Positions 41,101 to 55,656 are shown, numbered from the stretch's first letter. The stretch is DNA of 64,000 bases from Octopus bimaculoides (GCF_001194135.2 NC_068990.1:7013950-7077949), one strand, 5' to 3'. A program made the numbers and translations. The notes: generated by a model not told the origin, from the sequence alone.

Positions 41101-44100
41101 TAATATTTGTTTTGTCTCACTGCTTAATTATTTCTAATTAGTTTTCCTAATGCTTCTGCATTAATTAGTTGAATACTTGAAAGAGTATGGATGACTGTTT
41201 TAATAGGGTACTGGATAACCATTTGAGAAGTTGACAATCCATATTCTGTCACTGCACTCTTGTTTGTGGTAATTTGAACTCTTCATTTCAAATTACCCTA
41301 TCCATGTAGCTGTCAATAAGTATAATGTTAGGCAGAACTAGTTTTTGCATTATAAAATTTTTTTTTTTTTGTATGCAATGCTGAATTCTGTATTAGCTTT
41401 GCGATTGTGGCTAATATGCATTAAATAAAAATAAAACCTGAATAGTAGCATGAAGATAGTAGGAATTATATCAATAGATTGGCCCTGTTGTTAGAATCAG
41501 GAGTATAGGAGAAAAGAATTAATAGATTAAATATATTTGAATTAGTCCTGTAAGTTTGTTTCATTGATCCCTTCTCATAAATGCGTTAATAAATCTACCT
41601 AAATTTATAGAATTGATTTATTTAATCAAACTGTTTCTGATGCATATAAAATACCTCCTTTTCATATTCAGAAAATATAAGTTTAACTTTTTATAAACAA
41701 AAGCGTATTTTCAATTGTGAAGTAATTCAGAGCCATTTCTAATATGGATTTATATGATTCATTTTGGAAAGTATGGAGTAATAAAAATTTAGTTATTGAA
41801 TTGGCAAAATATTTAGCACTATCTTCTACTTTTAATCTTGACATATTGACTGGAGGAAAATAGTTTTGATATTTAAAAGCTAAGGTGATGTGCTGAGTTC
41901 CTAGCAAAGGCAAATACCTCTTGACATGCTAGTTGACCTAACTACAAATATGTAACATGAAGCAGTAAGCTCATGCTCAAGGTGGTGATGGTTTCTCAGT
42001 AAATGTTAAGTCTTTCATTGAATTCAAATGCTCCCATTAATAAAACCTGTTTCTATTTAGTATAGAAAATATCTTCTAAGTGCTTTGAAACGAAGAGTAA
42101 GTTCAAAATACATTTTACGCTATGATTCTCAGAGACGGTCATAAAAATAGATCTTGGTCCTATACAACAACTCAGACTTGTCTTTTCTTTACCAATTCTA
42201 GAAATTGACTGAACAACAGGAATGTCAAGCAAACAAGTGAGCCTCCTTGTCATCAATCATCCACAAAAGATAGCAGTAAAATCTTCCTCTAACAACCTGC
42301 CATCTAAAAAAATTATTTACAGTATATAATGTAGGCTTTGATATACAATGGCAAAAAAAAATATAATAATAATGGGAGGGTAAGGCTGAGGCACATTTGG
42401 TCATATGTTTGCTGGATCAGGTTTATTCAAAGACCAAACAACAAAAACTAAAAGAAAGGAATGAGAAATTTCCATTGGCAAAATCATTTGTACATTTTGT
42501 TTCTAATTTTCAAAGATCATACAGACAAAACATTGCAGGACTGTGAAAAATAACAACATAGAAAAATGGTTGTCAAAATGAAAATAACACTGTTGATACT
42601 TATATGCAGCAGGTCTGGGATTGTCAATGGATGTCATAGGAGGAGAGACAGAGAGGGAAAGAGGTGGGGGTCATGAAATATAATTAGAGTCTTTGCATCC
42701 GAAAAATGTAAATTGTATTGAGATGTAGCTATCATTTGCATTGCTTTTCAGACGGATATGCCAGGAGACAAAACTGCTGGTGGTAAAGGTGCAAAGCAGT
42801 TTTTTATGGCTACAGCAACTGAAGAGGTTTGGCTCAATTTCAATTTCGTTTTATCTTGCAAATTCCTTAAAATGTAATCTCTACATCAGGCTTGGACAAC
42901 CTTTTTTGAGAAACAGGCTGCATGAGACATGCCTCATCATCAGGTGGATGGTACTGCTAAAAAAGGGAAGGTAATGTTTCATTAGGTGTGCCATTCAGAA
43001 ACTCCTGCAGGCTTCAGGTTACCCATGGCCGCCTTATGAGCTTTAGTACTATGGTACAATATCTAATCTACTATGGTACAATATCTAATCTACTAAAGGC
43101 AGTTGTTTTATGAGAGAAAAATTTAAGTGACATAGCAAAGAACCTGTGTCTACATTTTCATAGTTAGGCTAAATGTATGTTTACAAAAACCATACACTTG
43201 TAGGGTTACTGAAGATTATTTATGCACACACACATGTATGTGTGCATATGTATGTATACATTATTTAAGGAATTGGAAACTATCTCATTGAAAATTGGAC
43301 ATATTGCAAGAGCCAGAGATATCCCTTAACAAGAAAACTGACTTTCTATTGCTGCAGGCAAGGCTCTCTACTGGTTAACATTAAACTAAAAAATTTTATC
43401 CTACATATACCAACTGCCTACAACTGTACATGTGTACATGAGATCTGAACTATTTTTCTGCTTCAAAAACGTACTAATTCCCAATTTTTTTTTGGTTGCT
43501 AGTATCTTCCATAAACTTTTACAGATACTTCTATAAACCTTCTATAATCTTTCACAATCTTACATAGATAGAAAATGGGTGTAGAAGATAAATTTTTTAC
43601 CTTTTGGGTCTAGAATTTCTTTTGGTTGAAAAAAAAAAAAAGGAAAGAAAAAAAATGACAATGAAAATTGCTTTTGTCAAAATTCATCAGCAGGTAAGCC
43701 AAAAACCATCTTGATCCAAATTTTAACAACAGTAATGTTTTGCATATTATTTTTTCTGAAACTCATTTTTTTCTCACATTTTTCTCCCTAAATTCCTTAT
43801 TTTTCAGGTGTGGAGTGATTGAATTATAATATGGTTTTATTTTCATTTGTACTTTTTTATATACATTTCAACTAGGTATGCTCTATAAGTATCATGCTTA
43901 GACAGCATCAACTGCAACCAGATATTCTCAATTCTTGACTGATAGTCACTTCAAAATTCTTCAAGTTGAATTTCATATCTATTCTAGTAGAAGCTGTATG
44001 AAAACCTTTCTGTTCACCATCGGTGTTATAGAAAATAATTTGATAATCAGCTACAAGTTGTATATCTGAGGTTGAATATTTCCAAAAGACATCTTGCTTT

Positions 44101-46612
44101 CTTGGGAAATGGTGTAGAAGCTGAACCAAGAAACTGATATCCATCTTTCAGTTGTTCTGTGACAATCAAAAACACCATTGCACATGTTTTTTCGACCTCA
44201 CAAACTACTACACAGAGATCAATAATTTTAGCAGTGCATGTTTTAGATATGTCTTTTACAGACGGTGTTGATTGCATGATTTCTTTGTACGACAAGAATT
44301 GAAGATGGTGATGATACTGAAGCTATTTTTCCATTACTGCTTCTCAGCAGTAATGGAATATTTTCCATTCTTTCTTCAAATGTGATCTTTATTAACTCAA
44401 AAAGTTCTGCTGTTTCTTGTCATTCAATGAGATGAGTGCATCCTTAGCATGACAGTTATGTCTCCATAATTTTATCATTAATTTCATTTCTTATTAAGAG
44501 GATGTATACTTATCCATCCATTGTTATTCAAGGACTATCAGCATGATTTACAGGTTCGCAAGAGTAAAATTGCACTCCCATTACTTAATTAATTATCTCT
44601 TCAATTTAAGGCAGGTGAGCTGGCAGAATCATTAGCATGCCAGGTGAAATGCTTAGTGATATTTCGCCTGTCTTTATGTTCTGAGTTCAAAGTCCACCAA
44701 GGTCGGCTTTGCCTTTCATCCTTTTGAGGTTGATAAATTAACTACCAGTTGCATACTGGAGTCAATATAATCGACTGGCCCCCTCCCCCAAAATTTTGGG
44801 CTTGTTTCTAGAGTACAAAAGAATTAACTGTTCAATTTGTTTTTCTTGTAAAGTTTTCTGATCCTCTCTATGAATAATTGATGAATCTTTGTTGTGAGAG
44901 ATATAAGAAATTTTAATGACAATTTCAATAAAACTATGTCATTTCTAATATTTTATGACTTAAATTATTTTTTTAAAAATATCATAACAACTACAAGGTG
45001 ACTGAATTTTATCAAAGGTCTTTCAACATTTATATATTCAGTGAACATTACATTGATAGTCAAACGACAACTTCTAACAACTTTGAATACAACTTCTACA
45101 ATATGAAATTTCACTTGTAGAATTCTGAAGTGAATACCAGCAAAGAAGAGATAGAATGTAGTTGTAGTGAGTTGTCAGGGCATGATAGTTTAAGTGTATT
45201 CCTAGTTAAAATGTATATAAAATATTTAAAAAGATACAATTAAAAATAAAACCATAAAAATCTTCCCACACCATCCCCACCACCTTCAAAAGGAATTTAG
45301 GGGAAAAATGGATGTCATAGGAGGAGAGATAGAGTGGGAGAGAGATGGTGGGTAATCAGGAAATGTAATTAGAATCTTTGTATCTGAAAAATGTAAATTG
45401 TATTGAGACATACTGAAATATCATTTGCACTGTTTTTCAGACGGAAATACCAGGAGACAAAACTGGTGCTGGTGGTAAAGGTGCAAAACAGTTTTTGATA
45501 ACAACAGGAAATGATGAGGTTTGGTTTAATTTCAGTTTTGTTTTATCTTGCAAATTATTTAGAATGTAACCTCTACATCAAACTTGAGCAACCTTTCTTG
45601 AGAAGCAGGCTGCATAAGACATGCAAATAGAGAGAATATGCAGAACCCTTGCTCTTGCCATAACATTCAACACTTCCTCAATAAATTTTACTGTATCACC
45701 TGAGGATTTTATTTATCTGCACCTTTGATGAAATCATATTCTCTGCATTGTAATGCTTCCTGCTACATTTTTACACATCAATCACAATACTTTCTTCACC
45801 AGTTTTCTTTCCAGCTTATCAATATTTACATTTGAATACAACAATGTAACCTTTCAATGCTTTAGTATTTCCACTTAAATCTGAAAGATTTTCTTAATTT
45901 ATGTAGTATTAAATTCCCAGAAAGGTACTCTGCATTCACTTCACTTTGTCAATTGACAGTGGGGAAGAAATTATTATGCAATGTCCTCCATCCCCACCCA
46001 AACACCAAAAACTAAAAAAGGTAAAAGAACTCATTCTTTACACTCAAACAATCAAGTTAATGCATTCTTTGACAGTATCATCTTTGACAGGGAAAAAGGG
46101 AAACCATCCCACCGTTTAAATGGGAATAAATATTACCTCCCAATGAATGAAAATTGAGCTTTGCACATCAACCAATAAACAATCAAAGGAGCTGTAAAAA
46201 CAGTGTTACTCAAAAGAAGACAACTGAGTGATCAAAAGTGTTTTTCTCACTTTTGTGAAACTTTAAGTAATGTAATTCTGAGTCAGTTTATTAACACAAT
46301 ATAGATATGTATGTATATATATATATCGTTGAAAGCACCGGTTCTCGTCCGATCACCAAAGTTAACCAACATCGAGCTTAGTTAGTACTTAGATGAGTGA
46401 CCGCTTGGGAAACCTAGGTGCTGTAAGCATCCAATTTTAAATGGCGGTGCCCAAGCATGACCACAGCTCATGAGCTGAAACCAGATAAAATGAAAATGAA
46501 TATATAGGAGTTACGACGCAAAAACGTATATATTTAAATGATATATTTTGGTGATGATTTTTTGAGTTAGCTTACCAATTATTTTTGTTGGTAGTTAATT
46601 TATAATATATTG

Positions 46613-46654
<42 letters not shown>

Positions 46655-47999
46655 TAGGTTGAGGAAAAAGTTTGTGTGCCGTGTTAAAATAATGATTTTT
46701 TTATGCAAGAAATTATAAAAAAACAACAAAAACTATTCTTCAAAATAAAGACCATCATTTTCTCCGCCAACGATCTGCAAGCTTTTGGATTTGGTCAAAG
46801 TACCAATTCCAGAACTTCCACACCATCCCAGTTCTTCAATCTTGTCACTAGTCTTTCTGGCAGAATGCGGCTTTGCATTGTCTTGTTGAAACAAGGAGCG
46901 TTTTTGATGAACACAGTGAGTCACCATTGAACATGACATGAACTGAATAAACACACACACACCACAAAATGTATAAAAGAGCATTATTTTAACATGGCGC
47001 ACAAACTTTTACCTCAACTTGATATATATATAGAAATTAAATATTGCGGGTAGCAATTAGTATTATTAATTAATATTAATTTACACCAGTGGCTAGCATA
47101 CATAAATATCCAAGGACTATGATTTATATTACATATATAAATAAGAGGAATAGCTACCATTCATCTAGCATATTAGGAATCCACCTTGGTGGCTATTCTC
47201 CTTATCTATCTATCTATCTATATATATGAAATTACATATAATTTATGATATTTTCTATCTTGCTTTATTCTTCTGATTAGCTATCAGCATATTTTGTAGT
47301 CATAATTATCATATTTCATTGAGCATATGTTGTTTCATTGCCATTTTTACATATTGCTTTTGTAATTATTAGGCTCTCACTGGAATATGTTGTGGTTTCA
47401 TACGCATTGGAGATAAGGCAATTACTGACGTCAATATTGGTATTGAAACAAATTTTCATGTTATTGATTGTAGTGAAACTGGAATATTAAAAACATTTGT
47501 AGAAAGGATTGATTATATGCTTGAAATATTGCAGGTAAGGATGATTATAGTGAAACTAATCTTTTGGATAAGATATTGGATAGAGGCATTAATAAACACA
47601 ACAATTAAGTTTAATCCACACAGCCATACACACACACACACACACAATGCATAAAATGCTTGGTACTGCCTGGAGTAAAAATGCCTGGATTAACGTTGTA
47701 GTGGTGAAACTGAGTCTGCAATAACTTGTTCTGATCCCGCCAGGCGAAATGCTTAGCGGTATTTCGTCTGTCTTTATGTTCTGAGTTCAAATTCCACTGA
47801 GGTTGACTTTGCCTTTTATCTTTTTGGGGTCGATAAATTAAATACTAGTTGCATCCTGGAGTCGATCTAATCGACTGGCCTCTTCACCCAAAATTTTGGG
47901 CCTTGTGTCTAGACTAGAAAAGAATAACTTGTTCTGATCCTAAAGAAATTGTGAACTACCCCAACTTTGGACTCAGTAACCCCTATAACATACACTCAC

Positions 48000-48044
<45 letters not shown>

Positions 48045-48359
48045 TGTATTTTTTCAAGAGTATAAAAAAAGTAACAATGACTTACAAGTATTGGCCAACA
48101 AAGCTTTGTCAGTCAGTGTGATGAAGGCTTGCAGACTGAAACTTTGAAGTCACTGTCACCACTTTTCTGATAAAAGCATAATACGTATGTAGGTATTGAT
48201 GTGACTGAGTGGTAAGAAGTTTGCTTCCCAACCATATGGTTTGGGATTGAATCCCACTGTATGGCACCTTAGGCAATTGTCTTCTACTATAACCTTGGGT
48301 CAACCAAAGTTTGTGAGTGGATTTGATAGATGGAAACTGAAAGAAGACCATCGTGTGTT

Positions 48360-48427
<68 letters not shown>

Positions 48428-50334
48428 TGCGTGTGTGTTTGCATCCGTGTTTGTCTCCCACCACCATTTGACAACTAGTGTTCCTGTATTGACGTCCCCA
48501 TAACTTAGCAGTTCTGCAAAAGAGACTGATAGAATAAGTACCAGGCTTAAAGAAAACAAATAAACACCTAAGTACTGGGGCTGATACATTTCGACTAAGA
48601 ATTCTTCAAATGTGGTGCTCCAGCATGGAAGCAGTGTAATGACAAACAAGTAAAACAGAAAAAGGAAAGAAACAAGATGTCGTACTCTACAAAAAGTAGT
48701 GTAATTTTTCAATTTAATATTTGTATTATAACTAGACATAAAAACATCTCTCTATCTGTCTAAGTCTTAGTAAATTCATTTGGGAACTGAAAGAACAAAA
48801 AAAAGCAATATTCGTTAGAATGGTCGGTCATCGGGAAGTCGTTCCCGTACGACAAGGGTGGGAGATATTGTTCGTTATGTAATTTAGAACTATATTTCAT
48901 ATTATTCTGTAAGGGTAAGTTGATAAATAAGCTAACAAATAATGCTCTAAGGTGTACACATTTTCCAAGACACACATTTCGCTGGTTTAAATAAATTGCA
49001 ATATGACCGGGTATTATAGTACATTATAATATAATATTAGGTCTTAAGGCAGGCCATATCAATGTATAATTTACTAATAGCAGTTGTGGTTTTTTCAAAA
49101 GCTTCTAGAGATAATATAGTATAGATTTCCATTGTAATAGAGGATTGTTTATAATTTATTAATGATATTAATAATATTATGAGGGGTTGTCTCCCCTTAA
49201 CGGACCTTTATTCAAGGAGGAATTTATTTAACGAGTTATTTAAGGACAAATTTGAATATGGACTGGACTTAGAGACGATGTTTTGGTATTTACCTTTTGT
49301 TCTTAAACTTTTTCCCTGAAGACGTGTAAGGCAATTTATATGTTTGACTTAAATTTGACAGTCAAATATAGCCTTATACAGAAATATTGACATAAGAATA
49401 AATTTCAATAATAATGGATATTAGCNNNNNNNNNNNNNNNNNNNNNNNNNNNNNNNNNNNNNNNNNNNNNNNNNNNNNNNNNNNNNNNNNNNNNNNNNNN
49501 NNNNNNNNNNNNNNNNNNNNNNNNNNNNNNNNNNNNNNNNNNNNNNNNNNNNNNNNNNNNNNNNNNNNNNNNNNNNNNNNNNNNNNNNNNNNNNNNNNNN
49601 NNNNNNNNNNNNNNNNNNNNNNNNNNNNNNNNNNNNNNNNNNNNNNNNNNNNNNNNNNNNNNNNNNNNNNNNNNNNNNNNATATATATATATATATGCAT
49701 ATATACATATGTATATTACATACTTACATCTATATGTATATATATATATATGCATATGTGGGCACGGGAATCAAGAAATGTGTACAACAAAAAAATACGA
49801 AATATGCGTACATGGAATATGAACTATTTTTTCGAACAACGAAAGACACAAATGGAAAACAAAACAAACAACATAAATAATGACTCTTCATCAGTTGTTG
49901 TCTGTTTTTCTACTGTCGTATTTCGAGAATTTAGCAACAATATATGCTTTCGATGAAAACAGTTGCTTCCGCAAGGCAAATTAAATAAAATTTAGGATTT
50001 TGTGGAGGGTCAGAATTGGTAACACGGACAGGACAGGACAGTGAAAACAAACAGGAAGGGCTGCTAAGCCTAAATGAGGTTGCGGTGGCGAACGTGTTTA
50101 TCAAGCTTGGACAGGAGACAGACAAGAACACGTCTTTCTTGTTACAGCTACAACGCAGAGAAAGAAACACAAGTTAGGAGAAAAAAGAAAGATAACTGAT
50201 AGTCATGTGGGAGCCACGTGAGCAAGGGAGGAGGAGTGAAGGAGAGTGGCAGAGTAATAGAATAGAATAGTGGGAGAAGAGGAGGTAAAAGAATAAGAGA
50301 GAGAAAGAGAGAAAAACGAAAGAGTAAAAAGATC

Positions 50335-50385
<51 letters not shown>

Positions 50386-51616
50386 TATAATGGGCCTTCA
50401 TATTGTTTCCATCTATTAAATTCTTCGTAGATGTTATTGGTCAACACATGTCTGTGTTAGAAAACACTCAACAAGGTGCTTCACATTAGAACTAAAACTG
50501 GAACTGCATCACAAATTGAAAAGCAAATGCTATAGCTATGTATCCATAGCTACACAAACTTTTTGCAAATAAAAATATTATAAAAAATCATATAGGAAGC
50601 TTCTCATTTACATTGCTTCATCTATTCAATGTGAGAGCATTGTATTAATGGAACAGATATACAGTTATAACTGAATGAATTGTTATTTATTTTAATTTTA
50701 TATTAGATGTGGTGAACCATGGCATCAATAGTTATTGTTTTTTAATAGCTAAAGTACTGGTTCATTGAATTGTTGACAGTATGAGAGTCAAGGGAATGTG
50801 TATTTAACTTGAGTTTAAATGAAATATCTCATGTACCTTAGTGTGTAAATTACTGTTTATCTTTGTTTTTTGTTGTTGTTTTTTTTTTACTTGTTGATAT
50901 ACATCACTCTCATGGACACATGCACACACACACACATATACACACTTGCTTCCTCTCTCTCTGTCTCGCACACACTCACATACATACTCTCACACACACT
51001 TTCTCTCTTATACACACATATGCACTCTCTCACACACACTTACTCTCTTATGCACACATACACACTCTCTCTCTCACACACACACACTCTCTCTCCGTCG
51101 CACACACAGACTCTCTCTCACCTATACTTTCTCTCTAAGGCACTCTCACATACGCACGCATACACAGTTACACACACTTTCTCTCTTATACACAAACATA
51201 CACACACATACCTGCATACACACACATACACATACACACACACAAACACACTCACATGACTGGCCTATGCACACTATCCATCTATCAAATTCCATCAACA
51301 CAGAATTGGTCAGCTAAATCTGTGATAGAAGATGCTGCACAAAGGTCTGTACAGCAAGATCAAACCAGGAGAGTAGTGAAGTAAACTCCTTAACTACATT
51401 GCTATGCCTCATAGAGAAAGGTACGCACCGTACAATATTGCATTTTCTCATTGCCTTTCTCTCTCATTGTGGTCGTTTTCTTCTACATTTGGAAATCACA
51501 GTAACTTCTGAGATGCCAGCAAACTTTTGAAGCACACCAATGTATAAAGATATGCATATACAATATATATATGTGTATATTTATATACACACACACGCTC
51601 ACACACATATATATAT

Positions 51617-51663
<47 letters not shown>

Positions 51664-51867
51664 NNNNNNNNNNNNNNNNNNNNNNNNNNNNNNNNNNNNN
51701 NNNNNNNNNNNNNNNNNNNNNNNNNNNNNNNNNNNNNNNNNNNNNNNNNNNNNNNNNNNNNNNNNNNNNNNNNNNNNNNNNNNNNNNNNNNNNNNNNNNN
51801 NNNNNNNNNNNNNNNNNNNNNNNNNNNNNNNNNNNNNNNNNNNNNNNNNNNNNNNNNNNNNNNNNNN

Positions 51868-51913
<46 letters not shown>

Positions 51914-53466
51914 GAATATACACACACACGCATATATATAGGTGTATTTTTGTATGCGTGTATGTATATGTGCAGATTTGTATATTTTGTTTTATATATG
52001 CATTTTAATGCATATAGTTGCATATCTAGACATGCTCATATATTCTTAAATGATAAACTTCTGGAAAGCTTTACAGATTTTTACAGTTACAGTGATAGAT
52101 TGGATCTGTAGTCTGTATGTGTTCGTGAGTGTGAGTGAGTGAGTGTGTGTGTGTATGTGTGTGTGTGCGCATGTATAATATCTTATGTGTGCAAATAGCT
52201 GTACAACTGCTACTGTTAAGTTTAGATCTCCATGTAGATTATCTGAGTCCTATCTGCTTCCAGTTAAGCAACTGCTATATTTTATAGTTTTACTGGTTAT
52301 AACACACAGAGCAAATGAATAAATTACAATAAACATAAGTTTATATTACTAATTCCTACATACTTTTACCCATTGCAGCTATTTGGAACACTGCACTGGA
52401 TGTTCCAAGTGCAATTATATTGGCTTGGCTTGTTTTAATATTTACGTGTGCACATGTCGGGATGGGGAACGCAGGTCATTGGCTTGACCTTAGGCACGGC
52501 AGGCGCTTGCTCAATAAATTCAGATGTTGTAGAGCAGTGAAGCAAATTTTGTTTTCACAAAGAACTTTGAACTGGCAACATCAGTCCTTACCACACAGTC
52601 CTCCCCATCTTTTATCATTACCATTCCTTTCTCTCTTTTCATCACCTTCTCCTCTTCACTATCAACAGAAAACAACTGCACAATCTAGATATTCAAAACC
52701 ATCATAACAATTCCATCTTCCTCCTCTTATTGTAGATATTTACACTCACCATTAATCCAAATACACACAGGACCACCCACATTCTCCCAACAAACCTATC
52801 GACTGGTGCAAATTGAAAAACATCCTTCATATGAACATTCGGTACTTCCAAATTTAATGCCATATCACCTGAAGAAATGAATGCATGAACAAAGCCTACT
52901 TGCTATCTATGGATATTACTGATTGTATGGTAATCATTCCAGGAATGCAGACTATGGTGGTAAAAAAACATGTGATTTGTGGAAATGCATGTAGCAGTAC
53001 ATTAAAATATTAATAAAGTTCATCCTTGGATTATTATTATTATTAATATATATATAATTGAGATTCAGTTGAATTAGGTACTGAAGTTGAAGCACCAAGT
53101 CAGTCCAGTATCCGAACATCTCCATGCTCAAATTTCTTCCATTTTCTTGCTCTGTTAAAGTATTTGAGAAAAATTATATTAGTGTGTCCAACTGATTAAA
53201 ATTCTGTTTATTTGTGCAGCTAATGATGGCACTGCATTTAAACTGATGTAATGATTGCATTGTTCAATTACATAGAGCGGTTTGAAATGGTCGTAATGCA
53301 TCACTACTTGATATCCTGTTGCTTATTTTGATTATATNNNNNNNNNNNNNNNNNNNNNNNNNNNNNNNNNNNNNNNNNNNNNNNNNNNNNNNNNNNNNNN
53401 NNNNNNNNNNNNNNNNNNNNNNNNNNNNNNNNNNNNNNNNNNNNNNNNNNNNNNNNNTATATGTAC

Positions 53467-53498
<32 letters not shown>

Positions 53499-53832
53499 AT
53501 ATATGTTCATATACATACATACATATATATATATATACATATATATGGATAGAGAGAGAGAGGAAGAATATAAAGTAAGTCATATAATTATTTCACCAGT
53601 TGATATCCATAAGATTATGGTCATTTTGTAGCCAACATCAGGGAAAAATAATATATTTTAGTATATAATAAATTATTTTATATGTCTGCACTTGTGTATA
53701 AGTCATAAATTGCATAGTACTATTGTACATTTTACAAGCTAGTACAGGTATTAGAAGGCTAGCTCTTCAGAACCATAGAATATCATGGTTATAATGGTTA
53801 CATCTATTCTTCAACTATATGTAAATATATAC

Positions 53833-53890
<58 letters not shown>

Positions 53891-55573
53891 GGTAAATCTG
53901 TTTTCTCTTGAAGCACATCTGCATATTCCATTATTATAATCAATATGTATCCACAGTTGTTGCTGTATGTTAGTCAAAATACATATCAAAATTGAGAATT
54001 ATGGAAATGTGATTTGCAGAGTTATTCAATAACAAAACAAGGTGAAAATAAATAATACTGAAAAGTTTCCACTTTCCTGTTTTGTTGTAGATATATATAT
54101 ATACTCTTTTATTCTTTAACATGTTTCTGTCATTTGACTACGGCCATGCTGAAACACCACCTGAAAGAGTTTTAGTCAGAGAAATCAACCCCAGTTCTTG
54201 AATTTAGACATGTAGCGGGGTCCAAGCTGCTTTTCCAGTTGAGCCAGCTTTCCATATCACAAAGGCCGCACTTTCCACTGCCGTTGGTGTAGGGCTTACA
54301 CTTGGCTAAGATCTTCCAATGGATGTTGTAACTGACACCTTTATCTTTTAAAAACGATATATGACTGGATAATTTGGTTGTTTTCCATTTATCCCAGTGC
54401 CTGAAGTTCAAGGTGTGATTATTGAACCTGGCCTTGAAATTCTCCTCTGTAAGGGCCACGTATTTCTTTGTTGAAACCGTGTCCTTAGTGGATATAGAGT
54501 CCATGGTGATGGTCTCGGACATGCAAGCTCCATTTAGCGGGCACAAATTTTTATCCCTGCATGAACAGCTGATTTCATTTTGTGGTTTTTCTGTGTTGTG
54601 TGCGATAATATTTTTGAAATTAGTAGTTGAGCTGAAACTATGGTTGACTGGAAAGTGTCTATCTATCAATGCTAAGAAATACTTGCCTATATTAAAGGTC
54701 ACTTTGGGGGAGTAGTGGGGTGTGAACCAGATAATTTTCCTATTCCTATGTTTTCTTTTCTTTATTATTGGACTGGTGGCACGTGTATAGGTTATTGCCT
54801 TGCTAAATCCACTATCTTTTAGAGCCTTATTATATACTGGAGCAACGCTATTAAAAATGTCCTAAATTTTTAAACACTATGCGGGGGTGGCAGGAACCCA
54901 CATTAATATTACTAAGTCTATCGTTGGGCTTCCTATAAGGTTTATAAATATTCTTATTTAGATCTAAGGATACATCTAGGAAATTGACAACCGTCAGGTT
55001 GGTATCTGTAGCTATGCTAAGGCCGAAAGTTTCCATCAATTGGATAACGTCCTTCCTAAACTGATCCTGTGCTGGTCCATTGGTATTTGCGGTTAAAGCT
55101 AGGGCGTCATGTTTGTAAATGGCGAAATATACGTCAAGAAAAGTCTTGCCCAATGTATCAAGTAGAAATAGTCCAATAAGATCGCATATGCTTGCTCCAT
55201 CATATGACCCCATGCTCACATCGAAAGTACCGTCTGTATTGGTAGTCTTGATCCATTGTGTGTTCTCGCTGAAGAATAAAGTCTTTCTAGAATGGAAGAT
55301 GATGTTCTTATCTTGTGTACTGATTTCTATGAATTCTCTTGAGAAGGTGAGGGCTTTATCTAGCAGTTCCTTAGAGATAGAGGCATAAAAATTGACAATA
55401 TCGAATTGCATGAATCTCGCTTTATTCTTATTCTTAATGGCTTTAAACCAGTTGACGACTTCTATACTATTGGACCATTGTGCTAACCTAGTTGCATTCC
55501 TGACTTTTACATTGATTTTTCCTAAAATTTCTTTACTAATAATGCCAAGTTCTTATTTAGCTGGGTTAATAAA

Positions 55574-55656
<83 letters not shown>

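Noticed and set aside
46327-46429. Functional 5S rRNA gene
   Set aside because: 5' truncated, diverged, solitary and fused to a SINE tail.
48795-48806. A-run frameshift in the Penelope GIY-YIG as programmed recoding
   Set aside because: The element is a truncated remnant, so homopolymer slippage or sequencing error is simpler.
1306-53583. Many long ORFs rich in YI, HT, CV or X (e.g. 1306-2019, 2908-3552, 50863-51317, 51483-52023)
   Set aside because: They are translations of (TA)n, (CA)n and (CT)n microsatellites and N gaps, not genes.
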